IMG/VR virus record: IMGVR_UViG_3300031972_002446
Location: 101,941 to 165,940 of that record
Strand: one strand, 5' to 3'
Length of the DNA stretch: 64,000 nt
Source of the DNA: a virus
Shown here one piece after another: positions 57,521-64,000 of the stretch. Made by a program: the position numbers and the translations under genes. Position 1 is the stretch's first letter, and every line of letters starts with the position of its first letter. The notes beneath the pieces are model-generated. The model had not been told where the DNA came from, ran no database searches, and saw only the letters and a list, made by a program, of their open reading frames with translations.

Positions 57521-57917
57521 TATTATCTCCAGAAAAGGACTGTTTATCTTCACAAATATTTGGACTTAAATACGGAAACATTTGATCAGCGACTTCTACA
57601 GCTTTATCACAACCACTCTTGACCGCTAAATCTCTTGTTTGCTTCCATGAAACTACAAGATCAAAAAATACATCTCTTTCTTCTGAATTAACCTTTGGAG
57701 AAGAAGGAAACGAGTCTGGAATATCTGGTACTACAACCTTAACACTTTCGGGTATTTGGTTTTTTACGCTGTTAAATAAATTTAAAAGCAATTTTTGAAT
57801 TGGGCTTAATTTATCTTTAAACAAAACCCATATTACTATTCCTACCCCAGCATACAACGCTAAATCTGTTACTCCTAATCCAGCGCTAAATTCTTCAAAA
57901 CTTTGTGTAAAATTCAT
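57513..57917 (-). CDS. Single-TM hypothetical protein
   Basis: LALYAGVGIVIWVLF. Confidence 0.6.
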   Translation of the reverse strand: MNFTQSFEEFSAGLGVTDLALYAGVGIVIWVLFKDKLSPIQKLLLNLFNSVKNQIPESVKVVVPDIPDSFPSSPKVNSEERDVFFDLVVSWKQTRDLAVKSGCDKAVEVADQMFPYLSPNICEDKQSFSGDNNE

Positions 57918-57927
57918 AATTGTCCTT

Positions 57928-58356
57928 TCATGGTATATATAAAACTGTTACAGATTGATTTTGATAATCTTCATCGTCTAATTGTTTTTTAAGAAAAATA
58001 CCTGTTTGTCTAAAAGTAGCAACCAAAGCATCAATACTAGATCCTACTAAAATCATTAAAAATGCTTTGACATATTTGTGAATTATAGGTTCTATGATAT
58101 TAGGTATTACTGGTATATTCACAGCTATAAATACTTTATCATAAAAATCTGATAATAATTTTAATGCTAATTCTTTTTTGTCTGGGCTGCTTATATCAGT
58201 ACCAATTTTTTCAATAATTTGAATAACACTAGCTGTAACTACTTGTAAAATTTTCCATGCTTCAGCTACTGCGAATCTTTTGACATTTTTCAAGCTATCC
58301 TTAACTTGATTGGTTAGATTGTCAACTTCATTAGTAATTAATTCTTTACTATTCAT
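57928..58356 (-). CDS. Amphipathic helical hypothetical protein
   Basis: Likely ATG 58356 after GAGG; DKKELAL...NIPVIPNIIEPII. Confidence 0.55.
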   Translation of the reverse strand: MNSKELITNEVDNLTNQVKDSLKNVKRFAVAEAWKILQVVTASVIQIIEKIGTDISSPDKKELALKLLSDFYDKVFIAVNIPVIPNIIEPIIHKYVKAFLMILVGSSIDALVATFRQTGIFLKKQLDDEDYQNQSVTVLYIP

Positions 58357-58363
58357 TATTACC

Positions 58364-58843
58364 TCATGTGTGTATATATTTACGAATTTCTTGATAAATT
58401 GAATCACCGATACCGTTAATATTAATCAGTTCTTTAATATCTTTAAATTTTTGATTATTTCTATAGTCTATTATTTTTTGTGCTGTAGCAGGTCCTATGT
58501 GTGGCAATTGAATCAACTCTCCTAAACTTGCTTGGTTTATATTAACTGTAGATATCTTTTTGTCTATTCCTATATAATCTTCTAATTCTTTCCGTTGATT
58601 GTCTTGTTCCTTTTGTTTAGTTATTTCCTGTTGTACTTTTTCTTTTTCTCGTTTCTTAAGATATCTAGATAATACCATACATTGGCCACCCAATAAAATG
58701 ATACTCTCCACACCGTGAGTAACTGCGCTGATAAGATCGTCTTTGGTATCTGGTTCAGTAATTACTCCAATGATAAATAAGCCACTAATAATGAAGCTAA
58801 CTAATGTAAACCAGAATTCACTTGTTTGGTAAGATTTTTTCAT
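58364..58843 (-). CDS. Two-TM (holin-like) N-terminus fused to a ComEA-type HhH DNA-binding domain
   Basis: Likely ATG 58843 after GAGGA; YQTSEFW plus two TMs; VNINQASLGELIQLPHIGPATAQKIIDYR...GIG. Confidence 0.8.
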   Translation of the reverse strand: MKKSYQTSEFWFTLVSFIISGLFIIGVITEPDTKDDLISAVTHGVESIILLGGQCMVLSRYLKKREKEKVQQEITKQKEQDNQRKELEDYIGIDKKISTVNINQASLGELIQLPHIGPATAQKIIDYRNNQKFKDIKELININGIGDSIYQEIRKYIHT

Positions 58844-58863
58844 AAGTAGTCCTCTGTTATATC

Positions 58864-58871
58864 TATACACC
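58864..58871 (-). promoter_or_regulatory. GGTGTATA motif (candidate phage promoter) heading the protease/membrane cassette
   Basis: Intergenic, 20 nt upstream of ATG 58843. Confidence 0.4.
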
Positions 58872-58892
58872 AGAGGAGAACTTATGTATTAT

Positions 58893-59084
58893 TTAGGCTG
58901 AGTAATATGTTGGATCATCAAATTTAGTGTCATATTTAGCTTCTATATCAGCTATAACAGGTTTGTTTGATACATATGTATCTATTTTGTCTTTAGCTGT
59001 CGGACCTGTGGGTTTGGTAGATACTACAATAGTACCATTTTTAATAGGATTAGCTGGTATGCTTTTTTGAATATCGTTTGCCAT
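58893..59084 (-). CDS. Small hypothetical protein
   Basis: 63 aa, AGGAG RBS. Confidence 0.65.
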   Translation of the reverse strand: MANDIQKSIPANPIKNGTIVVSTKPTGPTAKDKIDTYVSNKPVIADIEAKYDTKFDDPTYYSA

Positions 59085-59112
59085 AATTTATTCTCCTGTT
59101 GTTATATTTGAT

Positions 59113-60315
59113 TTAGTCAATACTTATAGTGGTATTAGGATCTGGTTGCCTTGAAATTTTTGGGTTTACACCAGGATGGATCTCCGTTTGAATGAAAGGT
59201 CCGTTACCTTTAGCTCCTTTACCCAGTTGGCCGTTACCATTGCCTTCTTGTGGAGCAGCTGCAAATAGAGGAGAACACGTACAGGATCCAGAAAGTATTT
59301 CTATGAAAACTTTTGATGGGCATTTTTTCTGAGAACAAGAATTAATAAAGAGCGCAGCTTTCTCCATAAACCTTGCAATAGATTTTGCACACCCTTCATT
59401 ACCAGCGGCTGCTACAGCTGCTTCGATTGCTGCTGTATAGTCTAGACCTGCAAAAGGATTTGATTGCCTATCATTGTAATAACCTTTACTAAGAGTTACC
59501 TCTTTTGATGCATATGCTTTGACTTCACAAGCATTTGCTGGAGGAGCTATACCTGTAAGATATTGCCAAGATAAATTAGACCCAGGACAAACAGCATAAC
59601 CTGGCAGAGCTCCTTTTGGGTGTAATTGCCATACTGATCTAGTAGGCGCACAACCGCCTTTAATATTTTTCGGCTGTTGGCAACATAAGGTGTAGCCGCC
59701 ACCAATAGCTGATCCAGTATAGCCGTTTGGACATCGCCCTCTAGTTATTTGCATTTCCTGACCAGTGCCGTTGGTTAAGGTATTTTCTCCTTGACAAAAT
59801 GTTTTTACATTAGGAGGCGTTGCTCCTACTGGTGTAATACTGCTAAGACCTGGGTATCCATTAGTATCGGTATCATCATCAGTAGCAGTAAAGCAATGTA
59901 TAGTTATATTAACAACGCAATTGCATTGTATGCTTGCAAATCTAGGAGGATCATCTGCACCCGCCCCTTTTGCACTACAATTTAAACCCATAACATTTGC
60001 AGCATTATACAACTCACTTAAGAATTTTTTCAATAGTTGCGGATTGTCTCTATGTCCTCGAATCACTTTTAGCACTAATGTGCCACTACACAAAGCTCCT
60101 AAACCTCTAGGATTGCATATAGCTCCTGCTGGTTTGGGTTCACATGTTACATTAGGAGGCACAGCATAACTTATAGGTAAGCATTCATCATAACTACAAC
60201 CGACTTCAACTTCTCCTTTAGTTCCGTTTATTTCTTTTAATTTTTCACCATTAAGATCACAATAACTGTGTGTTACTGGCGTATCTTTATTTAGTATTAT
60301 TGTAACACTACCCAT
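59113..60315 (-). CDS. Cys/Gly-rich protein, paralog A
   Basis: 400 aa, many Cys; aligns with 60334..61566. Confidence 0.7.
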   Translation of the reverse strand: MGSVTIILNKDTPVTHSYCDLNGEKLKEINGTKGEVEVGCSYDECLPISYAVPPNVTCEPKPAGAICNPRGLGALCSGTLVLKVIRGHRDNPQLLKKFLSELYNAANVMGLNCSAKGAGADDPPRFASIQCNCVVNITIHCFTATDDDTDTNGYPGLSSITPVGATPPNVKTFCQGENTLTNGTGQEMQITRGRCPNGYTGSAIGGGYTLCCQQPKNIKGGCAPTRSVWQLHPKGALPGYAVCPGSNLSWQYLTGIAPPANACEVKAYASKEVTLSKGYYNDRQSNPFAGLDYTAAIEAAVAAAGNEGCAKSIARFMEKAALFINSCSQKKCPSKVFIEILSGSCTCSPLFAAAPQEGNGNGQLGKGAKGNGPFIQTEIHPGVNPKISRQPDPNTTISID

Positions 60316-60333
60316 ATGATTAAATTTCCTTTT

Positions 60334-61566
60334 TTATATGCCACCTGGATCAGATGGTTCTGGATTAGTCGGTACATCAAATTTAGGGTCAGTAACTGTT
60401 GGACCTCCGGGCCCGTTACCTCCATTGCCGCCGCCATCACCGGGCCAGCCTCCCTCAAGAACCGGATCCGAACATGGAGAACAGCTTACACTGACGCTCT
60501 CAACTGACATCAGTACCGCCGCGCATCCAGGTTTTAACTTCTCGCAAGCGCTGGTAAAACTCTGTAGATCTGGGTCGTTCAGGGCCTCACTTACGGCCTT
60601 GTCAGCAGCACTTTGGGCTGATGGTATACAGCCACTCACTATACCATCTTTAAATGTGTCCGCTGTTATACCAGCAAACGGATTTGCACAAGGTTCTGGA
60701 AAATAACCTGATGAGCCGCAAAGATCTGAGCCTGCTAATGCCTCAAACCCGCAAGTATCATTAGGTCCAGGTACCGGTGCTAAATATTGATATGATTGCC
60801 CATTGTTGCAAGTCCAAGGTCCTCCACCCGTGTCATGTTTCGTTAACATAAAAGGACCAACATGTAGAGAACAAGCCATGTTTCCGGGTAAACTAGCAGG
60901 GTTTTTACAGCACAAAATCGAGCCACCTAGAGCCAGAACTGTGGTACCTGCAGGACACTTTGGTGGAATACCCACTGCAGCTGTAATTGCGTTTACATTA
61001 CCTCCTAAAGTGTTACCACCAGTACAACTTACAGGCATAGCAGGAACAGCACCACCTACAGGAGATCCATCCTCATCGTAGCCTGATGCCCCCACCTCAA
61101 TCTGATCCTGCTCTCCTTCATTAGTATGACAATAAGCTTTTACATACGCTGTTGCATTACAACAGCAATCTTTTAATTTACTAGGATTTCTATTACCGTG
61201 ACCCTTAGCCGTACAATTTGCTCCCTGAGTATTAGCTGCATTATATCCATAATTTAGATGCAGAAGTCTGGTCGCTGGATCCCAGGGGGCATTCAGAATT
61301 TTTCTTAAAACATTTCCACCACAACCACTCCATTTACTTACACTACAACCACCGGATTGTCTACCTCCTTTTGGTGTGCATGTAATACCACCGTCACCAC
61401 CCCATTGAATAGGCCAACAAGCGCCTACCGTTACGCTTGCCATAGCTACTTCCTCATCAATAGTGATTTTATTTCGTTTCATTGCCTCCTTAATACAGGC
61501 AGTTTCGGACGATAATGATAATTTGATTGAGTTTGTGTTCACACCGAATTCTATGGTTTCACTCAT
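60334..61566 (-). CDS. Cys/Gly-rich protein, paralog B
   Basis: 410 aa, many Cys; GAGGAG RBS; Pro/Gly-rich C-terminus. Confidence 0.7.
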   Translation of the reverse strand: MSETIEFGVNTNSIKLSLSSETACIKEAMKRNKITIDEEVAMASVTVGACWPIQWGGDGGITCTPKGGRQSGGCSVSKWSGCGGNVLRKILNAPWDPATRLLHLNYGYNAANTQGANCTAKGHGNRNPSKLKDCCCNATAYVKAYCHTNEGEQDQIEVGASGYDEDGSPVGGAVPAMPVSCTGGNTLGGNVNAITAAVGIPPKCPAGTTVLALGGSILCCKNPASLPGNMACSLHVGPFMLTKHDTGGGPWTCNNGQSYQYLAPVPGPNDTCGFEALAGSDLCGSSGYFPEPCANPFAGITADTFKDGIVSGCIPSAQSAADKAVSEALNDPDLQSFTSACEKLKPGCAAVLMSVESVSVSCSPCSDPVLEGGWPGDGGGNGGNGPGGPTVTDPKFDVPTNPEPSDPGGI

Positions 61567-61569
61567 GTG

Positions 61570-61902
61570 TTACTCCTCTATTCTTTTTTCTAGGTTGTCT
61601 AATGTTTTGCTTAAAGTGGCGATGTTGATTTTTAACTCTGTCATCACCTCTGTATTTTTTTCTAAAGCTCTAAATAAAATATTAGTAGCTTCTTTGCTGT
61701 CGTTTAATCTTTCCATGATAAAATTTCTATCTTTGGCATATTGACTACCTTGAGACTGAGCAGCAATCATTTCTTCTACTTCTTTTTTATTAACTAAATT
61801 TCTAACAAATGTAGTCCAAAAACCTATTAAGGCTATAACTACACTTGCCATGTGTGTGGTAAAGTTATCAAAAAAATGACCCACGGTATTAGGATCTGCC
61901 AT
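61570..61902 (-). CDS. Single-TM + coiled-coil protein (holin-like topology)
   Basis: MASVVIALIGFWTTFV followed by a coiled coil (ALEKNTEVMTEL...LDNLE). Confidence 0.5.
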   Translation of the reverse strand: MADPNTVGHFFDNFTTHMASVVIALIGFWTTFVRNLVNKKEVEEMIAAQSQGSQYAKDRNFIMERLNDSKEATNILFRALEKNTEVMTELKINIATLSKTLDNLEKRIEE

Positions 61903-61903
61903 A

Positions 61904-62128
61904 TCAATTATCGCATTCTGTACAAAGACCTAAAATCTTATTCCAAAAATTACATTTTGGTGGTTTAATAGTAGACCAACAATCACAACATTTTTTTAAA
62001 TCAATATATTTTTTATTATCAGTAGATAGAGATCGCTCAAAAGCTTGAGCGACCTCGTCTTCTGTTAGTAAAAGATCAATGCATCTATCATCTACATAAA
62101 CTTTAGTATGTATAAATTTCATAATCAA
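61904..62128 (-). CDS. Small Cys-containing hypothetical protein
   Basis: 74 aa; CCDC...C...CTEC; fills the gap exactly. Confidence 0.55.
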   Translation of the reverse strand: MIMKFIHTKVYVDDRCIDLLLTEDEVAQAFERSLSTDNKKYIDLKKCCDCWSTIKPPKCNFWNKILGLCTECDN

Positions 62129-62641
62129 TTACTTTGCTGGATAATTTTGGGAAGTAGGTTTACTAGCATTAGCTTTAAATGTAATACTACCAGGAATAGC
62201 AGCGTTAGATCTAGCAGCATTGTCGTTACCATAACTATCTGAACTAGTAGCAGGATAACTTAATGCAAAATCTCCAGTAAAGATGTTAAATTTACCGGCT
62301 CTAATAGCAGTAGCTGTTAGAACAGTGCTGGCACTTTCTATATAATTAATACTTCTTACATATGCTGGGTATATGCTACCATTACGCAAAGGTCTTTTAG
62401 ATCCTACAGGATCTGATGATCTTTGAGCTATTAAAGTATTGGTATCTTTACCAAAAGCATATCCTAGAATAGCTTTTTGCGCATCGTCGCCATTATGAGG
62501 AGTTGAGTCAAATACATGAGTCTGATCATAATAATTAGCTGGTTTGTGGATTTTAACATTAGCAGATCCTGAGGAACCTGCAGCGATAGTTGTTTTATTA
62601 GACCCTTCTGTTGACCCAACAACATAGTGAATACTTGCCAT
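62129..62641 (-). CDS. Hypothetical protein, possibly virion-associated
   Basis: 170 aa, Ala/Ser/Thr-rich, AAGGAG RBS. Confidence 0.6.
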   Translation of the reverse strand: MASIHYVVGSTEGSNKTTIAAGSSGSANVKIHKPANYYDQTHVFDSTPHNGDDAQKAILGYAFGKDTNTLIAQRSSDPVGSKRPLRNGSIYPAYVRSINYIESASTVLTATAIRAGKFNIFTGDFALSYPATSSDSYGNDNAARSNAAIPGSITFKANASKPTSQNYPAK

Positions 62642-62694
62642 GATATCTCCTTAATATTCGTTTAGATTGGATGATGATACTGTTTCATATGGTA

Positions 62695-62702
62695 TATACA
62701 CC
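62695..62702 (-). promoter_or_regulatory. GGTGTATA motif (candidate phage promoter)
   Basis: Intergenic, upstream of 62641. Confidence 0.4.
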
Positions 62703-62705
62703 TTT

Positions 62706-63452
62706 TTATTGAAAAAGTTTATACCAATCAGAATACTCTTCAGGAGAGATTAGTATGTTAGAGCAGCTAGCGTCCAATTGCGTTCTAGATACAAAATCGG
62801 TCCTCACATTCACTATTTTGCGAGTAGAACACAATAAATCAAATTTATCAACATTATCAGAGATACAGCTATCTATTTGTTTATATAAGGGAAATATCGT
62901 GTTCAGTAATTTCTTAGCCCCAGTATTAGATAAAACATATCCGTAAGTTCCAGTAATTAACCCCCTAGGTTTTGAAACAATATTATTTATAACCTTTTTT
63001 TGAAAGCCGGGTATTTCATTACATCCTAAATATAAAATGTCAAAAATATGATTATTGACTTCTATTTCTTCTAATACTCTTGCTAAATCATTATCAAAAT
63101 TTTCATTAATAATAATATCATCTTCTAATACTAAGAAAGGCTTATGGCTATCTTGGCATTCTTGATAAATTAAATGATGAGATAAAGCACAAGCTAATGA
63201 TCCATAAGTTAATGAAATACCATAAACTCTTTGTTTCTTTGCTATAATATCGTTTTTAGCTTTATTGGTAACAATATAATCTGGAACTAATCTGATATCT
63301 AAAAATTTACCAACTACAGCTTCGTATCTTTTACATGTTTTAGATAAAAACTTAGATTTTTTAACTTCTTTTTCAAAGTATACTTTTTTATTTTTATCTT
63401 CATCTAAATTAATATAATAATTTTTATCGAAATATGTATATAAGTCTATCAT
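62706..63452 (-). CDS. GT25 (LPS/LOS-type) glycosyltransferase
   Basis: YINLD, ACALSH, LVLEDD, DILYLG, GTYGYVLS..GAKKLL, QID. Confidence 0.88.
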   Translation of the reverse strand: MIDLYTYFDKNYYINLDEDKNKKVYFEKEVKKSKFLSKTCKRYEAVVGKFLDIRLVPDYIVTNKAKNDIIAKKQRVYGISLTYGSLACALSHHLIYQECQDSHKPFLVLEDDIIINENFDNDLARVLEEIEVNNHIFDILYLGCNEIPGFQKKVINNIVSKPRGLITGTYGYVLSNTGAKKLLNTIFPLYKQIDSCISDNVDKFDLLCSTRKIVNVRTDFVSRTQLDASCSNILISPEEYSDWYKLFQ

Positions 63453-64000
63453 GATTTGGTATATTTAAAAATTTCATTTTTCTTTATAAATTGTTCCACA
63501 GGGTACTTATCCCATTTTATAGTTATCTTTTTAGATGCGTCGTTTATTGATATGTTTCCGTGATCATTATTATTCATATTAGTAATTCTATTGTTTATTT
63601 TATCTATAAAACAGTATGACTCCCAACAAAAATGTTTAAAATAAGCAACTATAAAATCTTGATGCTCTATGTACTCATAATTTTCATCTGTTTGTCGTAT
63701 TAAAAAATGATGAGAAGATATATTATTTCCATGTATATTGTAGATAGCGCAATCAATATTGTCTAATACTTTTGATGTAATATTATTATCTCTCCATTTT
63801 TGACGCCAGCCAGCATCTTCAAAAGGGTGAATTCCCTGTAATTCTTTTGTTGATGTGTTTAACAAAACATTTAAAGCTTTTTTGTTAAATATATAACTAA
63901 AAGGCATACCAAACTTTGTGTTACTGTTTAAATCTTTGTGCCAATAACCACCCACATTATCAAAGTTTCCTGTGTATAATTTATTATTATTTAATTGATA
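63449..64000 (-). CDS. 5'-truncated protein, probably a GT-A glycosyltransferase
   Basis: Frame is open to the window edge; FEDAGW and YNIHGNNIS resemble GT2 C-terminal motifs; adjacent to GT25. Confidence 0.4.
   Translation of the reverse strand, partial: YQLNNNKLYTGNFDNVGGYWHKDLNSNTKFGMPFSYIFNKKALNVLLNTSTKELQGIHPFEDAGWRQKWRDNNITSKVLDNIDCAIYNIHGNNISSHHFLIRQTDENYEYIEHQDFIVAYFKHFCWESYCFIDKINNRITNMNNNDHGNISINDASKKITIKWDKYPVEQFIKKNEIFKYTKS

Noticed and set aside
59113-61566. Diversity-generating retroelement target/template pair
   Set aside because: The paralogs differ throughout rather than at adenines only, there is no near-identical TR/VR, and no reverse transcriptase is in the window.
60316-61744. 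Antisense + strand ORFs over the Cys-rich genes, and similar short antisense ORFs across the window
   Set aside because: They fully overlap better-supported genes with RBS or motifs and have no recognisable features.
1-64000. Stop-codon reassignment (alternative genetic code)
   Set aside because: Genes are full length and densely packed under code 11, and TAA, TAG and TGA all end genes.

Overview
This is a 64-kb segment of a large, AT-rich tailed dsDNA bacteriophage genome (Caudoviricetes-like). It uses standard code 11 and has no rRNA, tRNA or CRISPR features that I can recognise. The + strand (1-24012) is a tail morphogenesis operon: two tandem paralogous tail-tube-like genes, two paralogous chaperone-like genes, a 4205-aa tape measure protein, and distal tail/baseplate-like genes including a SprB-repeat protein. 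It converges at a terminator (~24033-24065) with an uninterrupted 40-kb - strand gene run. That run holds a replication/recombination module (DnaE split into two genes around a DnaQ-like exonuclease, SSB, DnaB, DnaG, RecA, a Cas4/RecB-like nuclease) and nucleotide metabolism genes (class II RNR, dCMP deaminase, dNMP kinase, PhoH). It also holds three glycosylation loci (GT4s; RmlB/RmlC/RgpF-like/sulfotransferase; GT25), a membrane-protein and protease cassette (trypsin-like, papain-like, ComEA-HhH fusion, GlsB/YeaQ) and two Cys-rich paralogs. The most striking observation is a recognisable DnaJ J-domain (YEVLG...HPD...RADYDQ) inside the giant, modular tape measure protein. Next are the endolysin-free protease/membrane cassette and the intein-less split DnaE. 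All family calls come from motif recognition by eye; no database searches were run and the host is unknown.
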